Below, in pieces: positions 26,401-37,677 of a stretch of DNA of 64,000 nt. How positions within the stretch are numbered: the stretch's first letter is position 1; every line of letters starts with the position of its first letter. The stretch is from NCBI GenBank assembly GCA_002269645.1, contig NIVC01001438.1, forward strand, positions 1 through 64,000, read 5' to 3'. The notes beneath the pieces were generated by a model. It was not told the DNA's origin. It saw nothing but the letters and a program-made list of their open reading frames with translations, and ran no database searches. Source of the stretch: Macrostomum lignano (taxonomy: Eukaryota). The position numbers and the translations under genes are program-made.

Positions 26401-27105
26401 AAGCTCGATGCTGCACAAGCCCGATGCTGCATAAGCTCCTCAATTCCTCGGCAGGCGATGCGAGTGCCGCAGACCTACCTACCTGTGCCGCTGATCCTGG
26501 TCAGCTCCGTGGCCATCGCTGCCCACCTCTGCTGCGGCCTATGCGGCCGCCGGCCTCCCAACGGAGCGGCAGGCAGTCAGGGCGCCGGCTCCGACGGCTC
26601 AACCAAACGGGCGAGTGTCATCGTGCTGGCCCTGGCTCTGTCCTTCACTGTGCTGGACATGCCCGGCTCTCTGCTGGTGGCGCTGGGGCTGTTTAACAGC
26701 CTGCCGGACTGGACGATCCCGCTGAACGATTTGATGCTCACCCTTGACAGCGCCACCAATTTTCTCATCTTCTACAGCTTGAATGCCAACTTCAGGCGGC
26801 TGGTTCGTCGCAGTCTGTGCCGCGGCGCTGGCGGCGGTGCTGGCGCTGGTGGCGGAGCTGGCGGTGGCGGCGGAGGTGGCGTTGGCGCCGGTAACGACGG
26901 GCGCAGCAGCAGGGGTGGCGCCAGAAGCAGCTGCGGGGAAGTCAGCAAATACCGGAGCCGCAGTCTGTCGGCGGCCGGCGACAAAGTCGCAGACAACGCC
27001 TCGACAACATCGGTGGCCGAGGCAGTCGAACTGCGGCCGCTGTGCTCTGGGGGAGTCGACAGGCTGACTGCCAACAGAGCTGATGAGAAGCATGCAGATG
27101 TATGA
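17458..27105 (+). CDS. Divergent rhodopsin-class (FMRFamide/peptide-receptor-like) orphan GPCR, 395 aa. Three exons: 17458-17745, 25859-26107, 26455-27105.
   Basis: All introns are GT-AG, phase 0, and the exons are 288/249/651 nt. Seven hydrophobic segments. N-terminal sequons NES and NDS. TM3 ends ISLFRFLATFWP (ERY-A---P pattern), TM5 has YLPVPLILV, TM6 has SFTVLDMP, and TM7/helix 8 reads DSATNFLIFYSLNANFRR. Gly-rich C-tail. Confidence 0.85.
17782..18520. repeat. 19-bp minisatellite CAGTTCCCTCTGATCTGGT, ~38 copies
   Basis: 19-bp period. Lies in GPCR intron 1. Confidence 0.95.
18522..19248. repeat. 49-bp minisatellite TAACCACAGTGGACTCTGTAAACTAAACAAGCTGGGCGATGACCTGAAG, ~15 copies
   Basis: 49-bp period. 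Abuts the 19-bp array. Confidence 0.95.
19730..20145. repeat. GA-rich low-complexity tract
   Basis: Purine-rich with degenerate GATA and GAGA motifs. Confidence 0.7.
20682..21460 (+). mobile_element. tRNA-derived SINE, copy 2, interrupted by an RTE-type LINE fragment
   Basis: B box GGTTCGATTCC at 20725-20735. Body is homologous to the reverse complement of 15958-16268. The 3' part resumes at 21375 and ends in a (TTA)n tail. Confidence 0.78.
20922..21374 (+). mobile_element. 5'-truncated non-LTR retrotransposon (RTE-like) 3' end, with TSD TAGCCG
   Basis: Open frame AAVEPILLYGMEAVPM...LRYALGVH...RAGVPDLSVTLRRRRQMLLGHCL...RKRRGQGRTVTLTDCFVADLQALGL matches the post-RT C-terminal pattern of RTE-clade ORFs (PILLYG-E-W; RRL-W-GH; KR-RGRP). 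It ends in a (TCTA)n tail. TAGCCG occurs at 20916-20921 and 21375-21380. Confidence 0.8.
22123..23045. repeat. 41-bp minisatellite GTGTACAGCGGTCCTGACTGTCTCATCGTCACACACAGAGG, ~22 copies
   Basis: 41-bp period. Shares a core with the SINE body. Confidence 0.95.
23697..25530. repeat. 23-bp minisatellite GATCCTTCATTTGTGTCCTCTTA, ~70 copies, degenerating at the right end
   Basis: 23-bp period. Lies in GPCR intron 1. Confidence 0.96.
26117..26438. repeat. 16-bp minisatellite GCTCGATGCTGCACAA / GCTCGATGCTTCATCA filling GPCR intron 2
   Basis: 16-bp period, within intron 26108-26454. Confidence 0.93.
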
Positions 27106-27687
27106 GAACACAGAGATAAGTACATGTACACCTGGTTGATAGATGAGAATATTTTGAGAAGTGTGCGGTTGTATGAGAATAGGATGCGAAGTTATGTAGA
27201 AGGATGAAAATACAGTGAAATTTGTACAGATAGATGATAATACATTGAGAAGTTATATACATGTAGATACATGTAGATGAGAATGCAATGAGAAGTTATA
27301 TAGATAGATGAGAGTACAATGAGATCTATAGCATATCTATCCCTTAAAAACGAATTTTTTCTTTTTTCTTAACGCAAATTTAAACGACCGCTAAAATGAT
27401 TTCGTAATTCACAGACAATAAATAGCGCCATGCCCCTATTACTCTACTGACGTAGCTCGTAAGTAGTGTTCAAAGTATACGCCATGACTTGCGCCCTAAA
27501 TTATCTTGTGCGACTAGTGCAGCAGAGTAGCGTATGCTGTTTTTGTTTATATTAAAAATACCGCAATGACTCGAGCTTAAATTGATAATAATATCAAAAG
27601 TAAAAGTCTGGTTCGCAATTCTTGATTATTCTTGCCGAATAATATTCAAATAACCTTAACTTGTTGTAACTTTTATTTCCACTTCTG

Positions 27688-28272
27688 ATATTTGGGGGGG
27701 GGGCGCCACATCTGATATTTGGGGGGGCGCCACATCTGATATTGGGGGGGGCGCCACATCTGATATTGGGGGGGCGCCACTTCTGATTTTTTGGAGGGGG
27801 CGCCACTTCTGATTTTTTGGAGGGGGCGCCACTTTTGACATTTGCGGGGGGCGCCACTTTTGATATTTGTGGGGGGCGCCTCTTTTGATATTTGCGGGGG
27901 GCGCCACTTTTGATATTTGTGGGTGGCGCCACTTTTGATATTTGCGGGGGCGCCACTTTTGACATTTGCGGGGGGCGCCACTTCTGACATTTGCGGGGGG
28001 TGCCATTTCTTATATTTGGGGGGCGCCACTTTTGATATTTGCGGGGGGTGCCATTTCTTATATTTGGGGGGGCGCCACTTTTGATATTTGCGGGGGGTGC
28101 CATTTCTTATATTTGGGGGGGGCGCCACTTTTGACATTTGCGGGGGGCGCCACTTTTGATATTTGCGGGGGGCGCCATTATATTTGGGGGGGGCGCCACT
28201 TTTGACATTTGCGGGGGGCGCCACTTCTGAAATTGGGCGGGGGGCGCCACTTCTGAAGTTGGGCGGGGGGCG
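27688..28272. repeat. Variable ~23-26-bp repeat GGCGCCACTTTTGATATTTGCGGGGG
   Basis: GGCGCCAC core with G-runs of variable length. Confidence 0.88.
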
Positions 28273-28807
28273 CAAGCTCAAATTTCCATGACATTTGTTT
28301 TTACAAACAAATGATAGGTAGTCTATATAAAGCACAGATTACTCATACCAAGGGAGTGAGACACCCGGATGTTCATCCGCCAGGATACACGGCACTTCCG
28401 CTAGTTGAAACAAGGTGAACAGGAAGTGAAAAAAAACATGGCTACATTAATAAAAATAGGGGTAAATAATTCTTGCTATGCTTGGATTCTATCATTCTGT
28501 TAGCAGAGGCGCACTCCCAGATGCAGTCCCCTGATAACACTCAAGCACTTAAGCACTTAGGGAACCGGCTGCAGACAGGCAGACACGCTTATGCCACGCA
28601 TGCCACAGAAATGGAAAATGAAGCCAATGCAGGCCTGTGGAAACATAACTACTCCTGTGATTTCAACCTGAAACTCTCTACCTTTACGCGCTCGAAATAT
28701 TTCGTAACAATGAAATCCACTGCTGGAGGTGACGATACTTAAGCTGCAGTGTTTTGGGATCTTTAGAAATCGAAATGATGAGATTATGGCTCGATTTTGG
28801 AAATCTA

Positions 28808-29650
28808 GCGCCAATCTTTAAGCTGTGGCGCCAATCTTGAAGCTGTGGCGCCAATCTTGAAGCTGTGGCGCCAATCTCAAAGCTGTGGTGCGAATCTTGA
28901 AGCTGTGGCGCCAATCTTGAAGCTGTGGCGCCAATCTTGAAGCTGTGGCGCCAATCTTGAAGCTGTGGCGCCAATCTTGAAGCTGTGGCGCCAATCTTGA
29001 TAGTTAAGGCGCCAATCCAGATTAGTTGAAGCGCCAATCTAGATAGATAGTTGAGGCGCCAATCCAGATTAGTTGAGGCGCCAATCTAGATTGATAGTTG
29101 AGGCGCCAATCTAGATAGTTGAGAAGCCAATCTAGATAGTTGTTGAAGCGCCAATCCAGATAGTTGTTGAGGCGCCAATCCAGATAGTTGAGGCGCCAAT
29201 CCAGATTAGTTGAGGCGCCAATCTAGATAGATAGTTGAGGCGCCAATCTAGATAGTTGAGAAGCCAATCTAGATAGTTGAGGCGCCAATCAAGATTGTTG
29301 AGGCGCCAATCCAGATAGTTGAGGCGCCAATCTAGATAGTTGAGGCGCCAATCTAGATAGATAGTTGAGGCGCCAATCTAGATAGTTGAGGCGCCAATCT
29401 AGATAGTTGAGGCGCCAATCAAGATTGTTGAGGCGCCAATCCAGATAGTTGAGGCGCCAATCTAGATAGTTAAGGCGCCAATCTAGATAGATAGTTGAGG
29501 CGCCAATCTAGATAGTTGAGGCGCCAATCTAGATAGTTGAGGCGCCAATCAAGATTGTTGAGGCGCCAATCCAGATAGTTGAGGCGCCAATCAAGATTGT
29601 TGAGGCGCCAATCCAGATAGTTGAGGCGCCAATCCAGATAGTTGATTCGC
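28808..29650. repeat. Two adjoining GGCGCCAATC arrays: 20-bp GGCGCCAATCTTGAAGCTGT, then ~21-bp TAGTTGAGGCGCCAATCTAGA
   Basis: Read directly. The unit changes near 29000. Confidence 0.9.
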
Positions 29651-30754
29651 CAAAATGAGCATTGTGGCGCCAACTTGTTGACGCGAAATTGACGCTACTA
29701 ATTAAAGTCTGCACCAGTGTCAAGCCAATGGTCCAGCACAGATTTCTCCTGTACAGCAAGTACCCTGTGCTTGAAGGGCCATGCACAATTAAATGGCGGC
29801 TCTATGTCTAAACTGAATGAATATCAAGGAGATATTTCGGTGTTGCGTCACCTCTCATCATCAACCCGGCCCTCTCTTCCACGCTGCGGACTTATTATTT
29901 TTTCAGCCACAGAGATGCAATTTTAGATGCAGAACAGAGTGGACTTGGGGAATATCGCTCTGTCCGGAATTTCCTCATTAGTATGGAACTTCAGCAAGGT
30001 CGCTGGTGCTTTGCTGTCTTGTGCCGGGGGCCCGCGTTTCTCCACATTCACCCAGCCTATCCATCTATGTTTTTCCTGCGCGCGCCCGGTTAAGTCTTTG
30101 TTCGATATTGATCGTTTTGGTGCTTCGCCAGGGTCTTAGGAAGAAACCATGGATAGAGACTGATGGAGCCTGGAGGGTCTTTGTTAGTCATAAGATTCCT
30201 GGCGCACTTCATCCATTCTATGCAGAATTGAATGCTTCCTGCCAGCCTAGCACGCCCCGGGGAGGCTCAGCAAAAACACTTTGGTAGAGGCTTGGTCTTG
30301 GTCTTCAGTTTCCTTGCCTTATGTGGAACAAAGACTGTTGACGCATCAATATATGATAAAATGCTTCCCCATATTTACAGCCGAATGAGGGCGCGCCTGT
30401 TGCTTTCATTTCTCTGCCTCTCTGCATCTGCGTGCCTTCCAGCAAGCACTTTGTCTCACTTGGATTCGAGTATAAGATGAGGGAATGCCATTACAGCAGG
30501 CCTCAGCTGCTTGGCTCTTTGTCTAGCCAGGCCAGCACGCGACTGCATTAATCTCTACATAGCGTGCACCAGAAGGCCAGGATATTCCAAGGGAGGAACA
30601 GCACGTAGACAGGACAGTTCAGCTGACCGCTCGGGTGTAGAGCATATCTAGTCTGGCGGATATAGTCAATGCATGTTCATTTGGCATCATGCGAGGGGTT
30701 GCCAGACTGCTGTTGAGGCGGGAGAGGGAATCAGGATAAAATTACAGAGATAGG

Positions 30755-31665
30755 TAATGAAAAGGGAAAGAGAATGAAGGAGATGGAAGGAGATGAAAGG
30801 AGAGGGAAGAAGTGGAAAGGAGAGGGAAGGAGAGGGAAGGAGAGGGAATAAAAGGGAATGAGAGGGAATGAGAGGGAATGAGAGGGAATGAGAGGGAAGG
30901 ACATGGAAGGAGATGAAAGGAGAGAGAAGGAGAGGGAATGAAAGTGAAGGAGAGGGAAGGAGATAGAAGGAGAGGGAAGGAGAGGGAATAACAGGGAATG
31001 AAAGGGAAGGAGAGGGAAGGAGAGGGAAGGAGAGGGAAGGAGAGGGAAGGAGAGGGAAGGAGAGGGAAGGAGAGGGAAGGAGAGGGAAGGAGAGGGAAGG
31101 AGAGGGAAGGAGATGGAAGGAGATGGAAGGAGAGAGAAGGAGAGGGAATGAAAGGAAAGGAGAGGGAAGGAGATAGAAGGAGAGGGAAGGAGAGGGAATA
31201 ACAGGGAATGAAAGGGAAGGAGAGGGAAGGAGAGGGAAGGAGAGGGAAGGAGAGGGAATGAGAGGGAATAAAAAGGAATGAGAGGGAATGAGAGGGAAGG
31301 AGAGGGAAGGACATGGAAGGAGAGGGAATGAGAGGGAATGAGAGGGAATGAGAGGGAAGGAGAGGGAATGAGAGGGAATGAGAGGGAATGAGAGGGAAGA
31401 AGAGGGAAAGAGAGATAATGAGAGGGAATGAGAGGGAAGGAGAGGGAATGAGAGGGAAGGAGAGGGAATGAGAGGGAATGAGAGGGAATGAGAGGGAAGG
31501 AGAGGGAAAGAGAGAGAATGAGAGGGAATGAGAGGGAAGGAGAGGGAAAGAGAGAGAATGAGAGGGAATGAGAGGGAAGGAGAGGGAATGAGAGGGAATG
31601 AGAGGGAAGAGAGAGAATGAGAGGGAAGGAGAGGGAAGGAGTGGGAAGGAGATGGGGAATGGAGA
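30755..31665. repeat. 10-bp satellite GAGAGGGAAG / GAGAGGGAAT
   Basis: 10-bp period. Confidence 0.93.
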
Positions 31666-33020
31666 GTCAAAGTGAGGAAAAGCGGTCTGATTCTTAGTAC
31701 GAACAAAGCACAAAGCTTAGTGCCATAAAAAACGCAGCAGCAGACGGGGCGTGAGTCACGTGACTGTGACTAATGCAAAAGATGCCATCGTCAGCAGAAA
31801 GCACAAAGCTAGAAGAATAGAAGGCAAGTTTGGTGCGGAATTCGATCAGAAGGCAGCAACAGCAGCAGAAAGCACTTTAGTTTTATCAAAAGTAAATGGT
31901 GAACATCTTTTCTAATCGGCCAATCGGAGTATCACTTCACTACTACTCGAATCAGCTGCCAGTCTTTGTTGACGATTGGCCGAGTTGCCGAGCATCGAGC
32001 CTGGGTAGCCTGTCAGTCAGTCTGTCATGGCTGCTCGAAGCTATGAATATTGAGATTCTGCTTCTATTCTAGAGTCTTATAAAAATGAAAACAGTGGGCG
32101 CCTCACACCAGCGCGCGGAGACAATAGTGACAGTTTCTCTGCCTGCTCCTTCACCCAATCTTGAGTAAAATGGCAATAAAAAAACGCTATGGACCACAGA
32201 ACTTTGATTGCGTCATAGCGAAGCGTGAACAGTGGCGAGTCCGAACCCCGGGGGCAGCTGCCTGATGACAGTTGGCGTTTCCAAGCCAGTGTTGTTGTTG
32301 GCAGATGCGCATAGAAACTGGTTAGCGCAGGCGAGATTTGTTTTGCTTGACCAGTTTTGATGTGGCCGACATAGTAAATATCAATATTTCGAATTTTTTA
32401 TTGGTAAGGAATGCGAATTTTCGATACATATCGGTCAAATTAATTATCATTAAATTCACGAATTAATAAAATAAACAACGAACTCTCATCCTTATTTGTC
32501 CTAAATATTTTAGTGCCACAGTGTGCAAATTCTCTGTTTTTTTACAGTGGTCTTTTTTACTATTATTTTTTAAATCAGAAATGCAACCAAGATGACCTTT
32601 CAAGACTATTTACTATTAACATACGAGACAGAGAAGCATTCTAGAATTAGTTAAGGATGATTCACCACCAATGTACCTATGTTTCCCATGTTACCTATGT
32701 TGAATTTGTTGTTGAACAATAGATCAAACGTCCGTAAGCAAATCTCGAACCCATTGACTTCATTTTATTGATTTAAAATCTATATCCAAGTTTCATAGGA
32801 GAATCCAAAAAATACATACAAAAAACTGCTTGGTAAAGTTTTTTTCGATACATGTCGGGGAGTTGGATAGTAATGCTTTGGATTTGGATTTTTTGTATGA
32901 AAATCACAAATAAATAGATAGGAGAAAAAAGCAAGTTGAAAAAGCAGAAGTAACTATTAAATATATGGAAGAAGGAAATATTACTAAAATACATAATGCA
33001 AAAGAAATTTATGCAAAAGA

Positions 33021-33092
33021 AGGTCCCACCGAGACTCGAACTCGGGTCGCAGGATTCAGAGTCCTGAGTGCTAACCGCTACACCATGGGACC
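33021..33092 (-). tRNA. trnQ-CTG: tRNA-Gln (anticodon CTG)
   Basis: The - strand reads GGTCCCATGGTGTAGCGGTTAGCACTCAGGACTCTGAATCCTGCGACCCGAGTTCGAGTCTCGGTGGGACCT (72 nt). Intact cloverleaf, A and B boxes, and downstream T-runs (Pol III terminator). Confidence 0.97.
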
Positions 33093-33352
33093 GCTGAGGG
33101 GTCTGTTCTTGGAGGGAAATTTATATCTAACGGAAACGTAAATATAATTTACTCGACTATCCATGAAGCGAACTTACTTCGCTAAGTGCTTCGCTGACGT
33201 GACGACGGTGACGTGGCACGTGGCAACGGAATTGTGGTCTACACAGGTATAATTAAAGGAATATCACATCAAGTATATCATATCAGTAGAATTTACTAAC
33301 TTATAAAATTTAAGTTCCATTATTTAATTTCCATTTTCATTTCATTTATATT

Positions 33353-33533
33353 CAGGCGCGGATCCAGAAAATTTTTGAGGAGTGAGCCAAGATATACCAA
33401 GCAGAAGCACAACCCCATATTGGAAAAAAGACCTGGCATAGTTGCAGGCTAAAAAAGTATGACCAAATTTTTTTTTGGCCGCGGCTGAGGGGGGGGGGCT
33501 ATGGCCCCCTTGCCCCCCTCTGGATCCGCCCGG
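33353..33533. mobile_element. Non-autonomous DNA transposon (hAT-type MITE)
   Basis: Imperfect TIRs CAGGCGCGGATCCAG / CTGGATCCGCCCGG, with flanking TTATATT duplicated. Confidence 0.7.
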
Positions 33534-33607
33534 TTATATTGTAAATCAAATTAAATTCCAATTATGTTGCAGTTGCAGTAGATCTTATTTTCTTGTTCTC
33601 TACAATT

Positions 33608-33847
33608 CAGTGGCGTCGCCACGGGGGAGACAGAATATAACAAAAATATAGCGTTTTCGGCGCCAAAATGAGTACCCGTCTGCGGCACCAAAATGAGTGA
33701 CTGGCGCAAAAATGACTGTCTGTGGCGGTGCTAAAACCACCGATGTGACAACACTGATTCCCAATATGATGTAGGCAGTTAATTCAGTCATTTTGAATTC
33801 TTGGCTTTGTCCCGGCCCCCACCATAAAATCCACTGCGACGCCCCTG
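33608..33847. mobile_element. hAT-type MITE, 240 bp
   Basis: TIRs CAGTGGCGTCGC / GCGACGCCCCTG. 8-bp TSD CTACAATT / CTAAAATT (1 mismatch). Confidence 0.78.
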
Positions 33848-33904
33848 CTAAAATTAAATTGAATTATCAATTATTCATATGAAATGCCTAATCATTATTA
33901 TAAC

Positions 33905-34971
33905 CAGTGTTGGGCAAGTTACTCAAAAAAAGTAACTTGCGTTACTGTAACTTAAGTTACCACTTTTTAAAAAGTAACTTACGTTAGCCTAGTAACTTTG
34001 AACAAAAACCCGGTAACTTTTAAGTTACTTCCGTTACTTACTTCCGTTACCTATGTTATAAACAAAATTTTCTGCTTTTTTAACATTGCAAATGTGCTGG
34101 AACAGCACAAATGATCGCGAAAGCCAGAAGGAAAAATACAACAAAATTAATTTCAGTAACTGTATTAAATTTTAATCACTTTAGGCCCTTTCCGTAAAAA
34201 GAAGAGAAGCTGAAGGTCAGAAACGTTAAAGGCAAAACGCAATTTAATTTTTAATAACATTATAAGTTATAATACACAAGGACAACTTAACGTAACTTCA
34301 GTTGTCCTTGATAATACATCGCTCGTAATAAGTACCTGGCTTTACTCCACTCTACAGTCTGCTTTACTAGTCTTTTTATTTTCAATTATTTGAAATTTTT
34401 TCGTTGGGGCGGCAACTTCACCCCACCTGCAAGACACCCCACCAGGGGGGGTGGGGTTGGGCGTGGCGGGTGCATGAGGCATGGCCAGCCAGGCCAACCC
34501 GCCCCCCCCCCAATTAAAATTCCTGGCTACGTCGATCACTGAGTGGATTTGTGGAGACTACAGATGAATTTCTTTCTTTGGTTGTTTGTTTCTAAGAACT
34601 AAACAAAATATTTTTATTAACTTAAAAACGAAAAGCAAAAATATTTTACCGAAAATAACAAAGTAAAAACATGTTTCAAGTATTTCTTTATTAATTACAG
34701 CGTAATACCGTATGATATTATTCACTTAGTTTTGAATTTAAGAATGAAAAATGCTAAAAATGTGACAACTGGCGTAATAGCTAAGCATATCAGTTTTAAA
34801 TTTAAATATTGCGATTGTTGCAAAGTAACTGTAACGGACTTCCGAAATTTGAGTAACTTACCGTTACTCCGTTACCAAAATAGGAAAGTAACTTGCGTAA
34901 GGAACGCTTTACGAAAAAGTAACTTGCGTTACCATTTACAAGTTACTCGGTAACGGAAGTGCCCAACACTG
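33905..34971. mobile_element. Non-autonomous hAT element, 1067 bp, with GTAAC/GTTAC subterminal repeats
   Basis: Perfect 12-bp TIR CAGTGTTGGGCA / TGCCCAACACTG and perfect 8-bp TSD ATTATAAC (33897-33904, 34972-34979). Contains a partial G-rich MITE end near 34490-34540. Confidence 0.88.
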
Positions 34972-34984
34972 ATTATAACAGTAT

Positions 34985-35171
34985 CAGGGGCGTAGCCAGG
35001 AATTTCCTACGGGGGGGGATAAACCAAGGTGAATTTCCTACGGGGGGGATACACCAAGGTAAAAGTGCTCACATGGTAGCATGTATAGCGAAAAAGTGCA
35101 ACAAAAAAGTTTTGGTCAGGCTCTTCGGGGGGGGATACATCCCCCCTGATCCCCCCCTCCCTACGCCACTG
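34985..35171. mobile_element. hAT-type MITE, 187 bp
   Basis: TIRs CAGGGGCGTAG / CTACGCCACTG. Perfect 8-bp TSD AACAGTAT (34977-34984, 35172-35179). Confidence 0.85.
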
Positions 35172-35996
35172 AACAGTATTACTATTATGTACCAACTATA
35201 ATCCGATGTACTGTAAAACTTTATGGTCCCATATGCTAAATGGTTATTCTATTAGTACCAATCAACAATAGTAGGGCTACAGTGTTGTTTTGTCATACCT
35301 ACAGTGAACAGTGGCCCCTGTTTTAACCTTGAAATGGTCCTAAGGTCCTTAAAAGGTGACCTTTCAGTAAAATATGGGTAAACTAAAAGAACTCAAAAAG
35401 GCTCCAAATGCAACAATTTTTGTACAAAGAATCAGCTGGATTTCAAAACAGAGCGACTTTGGCAATGAAGCAGCACACAGCATTTATTTTTTTGTCATTT
35501 TTAGCAAATTTTGTACTCATCAGTTTAAGCAAATATAATCTATTTTCAATCGATTCAAGTGCGATATGTGTAAGAGTATTCTACAGGTGCGCAAGATTAA
35601 CAAATAACAGATATTCACATTATAAGGTACGCGGAAAAAAGAAAAACAACAAAAATACTTCATATTAGGGAAAAAACATGGAAAACGCGACTGACTCAAA
35701 GAAAAGACAATTCGAAAAGATGATCAATGATTTTAGGCAGATGCTCACAAAGACCAATTTGACAGCTTTGAAACGTTTCAATTGTGAGCACAAGCACAAA
35801 GTACAACAAATATTTCAAACGGTACACAGGAGAGCGCGTGTATTTATGGATATTTTGACACGTGGCCTGTGACACACTGGGATAGGGAATGAGTCTAAGC
35901 ACGTGGCTGTCTGTATGCAAAATCTGCTATAGTGTATTTATAGACACAAAGAGTACTTAGATAGGGATTCCCCAGCGAATTCGCCCGCACGCAGTT

Positions 35997-37677
35997 TCAC
36001 CAGGCATAGCAACTTCGTACTCGAATCAGCAGGGACCGCTTGTCCGAGATTAACCGGTGAAGGTCATCCAAGGGCATAGCGGTTGTCGGCATGTCCTCGA
36101 TCTCCAGGATCTCGTCGCCGACTCCCAGCACTGACCGGTAGCGGCGCTGAGTGGCTGGGTCGTTGAAACGGCTCAGGTAGACGCCTGCAGTGGGGAGAGA
36201 ATGTAGGACCGGAGGGTAAAGCGGGGATCTAACTTATTAAGGATCGGAGGGTAAAGCAGGGATCTACTGGATGAAGGATCGGAGGGTAAAGCGGGGATCT
36301 ACTGGATGAAGGATCGGAGGGTAAAGCGGGGATCTGCTGATGAAGGATCGGAGGGTAAAGCGGGGATCTACTGGATGAAGGATCGGAGGGTAAAGCGGGA
36401 ATCTACTGGATGAAAGATCGGAGGGTAAAGCGGGGATCTGCTGATGAAGGATCGGAGGGTAAAGCGGGGATCTGCTGATGAAGGATCGGAGGGTAAAGCG
36501 GGGATCTGCTGATGAAGGATCGGAGAGTAAAGCGGGGATCTGCTGATGAAGGATCGGAGGGTAAAGCGGGGATCTGCTGATGAAGGATCGGAGGGTGAAG
36601 CGGAGAGTTTCTGGCAGTTAACAGCCAAGGACACTTACCGCCCTTCTGCCGCAGCACAAAGAAGCCAAACTTGCCGCCGCGCGGTCTTTTCAGCTGCACC
36701 AATCGACTGCCGTCGGGCAGCAGTTTCAGCACGCGGCCGCTGACGGCCATCGGCGACGATGTTCCGACGCTGCTAGCGGTGCCGCTGCCTCTCGGCGAGC
36801 TGATCTTCTTGGCCGAGGTGACGGTGGGGCCTCCAGCCGGCGAGGCGGCCAGCCGCTGCACGAGGCGCTGCAGCGAGGCGTGCCGCTTCCGGCTTGCGAA
36901 CAGCCGCTTCGGCGTCGGAGCGTCGGAGCCTGACAGCATCGATGTCGACTTGGTCGCGGCGGCTGCGTCGACCCGCGAGGCGCTGAAACTGCGGCGGAGG
37001 CGGGCCAGACGGCAGCGGGCGGAGCGGACCCAGTTCGTCAGCGACATGCCGCTGGCCGATGCTCCGGGCGTCGCCGCAGAGGCCTCGGGGACAGCGGGCT
37101 GCCTTGGACTGGTCTGTGCGTCGATTTTGCCCGCTGACACCGCTGCTGCGGTCTGTTGGAATATCGGCGTCGCCGTCAGCGTCGGAAAGGCGACATTCGC
37201 CACCGCCGATTGGTGCCGATCAGGCAGCCCTCCAGACGGGATGTCGCGAGATCGACGCCGGTAAAGCGGATTGGTGGCGATGGCAGGCGACGCCGGTCGG
37301 CACCGCGTCAGCTGCTTTGGCGCCGGCGGCCGGTCGTCATTGACTTCGTCTTCTGCGTTGGCCAGCGGCGCCGGCCGTTTCAGGGGCAGGCAGCTGCCAA
37401 CGGCAACAGCTGGGGCTGGCCGCTTCATGGGCTGAACTTTGGCGACCGGCGTTGATGGGGCGGCGGCGCTGGCGAAGTGCAGCTGCGGCTGCGTGCGGCT
37501 GGCAAACAGGCGCGCTGGCCCGCCTGCGGCTGCTCCCTGTCCTGGCCAGATGGCACCGAGGGCGCCGGCGCCAAAGAGTGGAACATTGTGATTGGCACGC
37601 AAGGGCGCCGGAGCGCCTGGCGCCTTGGTGTCGCACTGAATGGACATGTCGCTCAGGTTGGCTGATGCGTGAGTCTG
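35997..37677 (-). CDS. KIAA1614-like protein with a C-terminal PDZ domain. Exons 36639-37677 (first ATG at 37647) and 35997-36184.
   Basis: Long Ala/Pro/Ser-rich region, then SGRVLKLLPDGSRLVQLKRPRGGKFGFFVLRQKG|GVYLSRFNDPATQRRYRSVLGVGDEILEIEDMPTTAMPLDDLHRLISDKRSLLIRVRSCYAW*. GTAAGT donor and CTGCAG acceptor are in matching phase 1. The PDZ (GFGF-like loop, GDEILE) closely resembles the recalled KIAA1614 C-terminus. An upstream exon is possible. Confidence 0.85.
36205..36600. repeat. 34/35-bp minisatellite TGATGAAGGATCGGAGGGTAAAGCGGGGATCTGC filling the PDZ-gene intron
   Basis: 34-bp period, within intron 36185-36638. Confidence 0.93.

Noticed and set aside
29700-30700. Several short exon-like frames (HRDAILDAEQSGLGEYRSVRNFLI; KKPWIETDGAWRVFVS; PVYVLFLPWNILAFW)
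   Set aside because: Phases are incompatible, the strands are mixed, and no family was recognised, so they are not supportable as a gene model.
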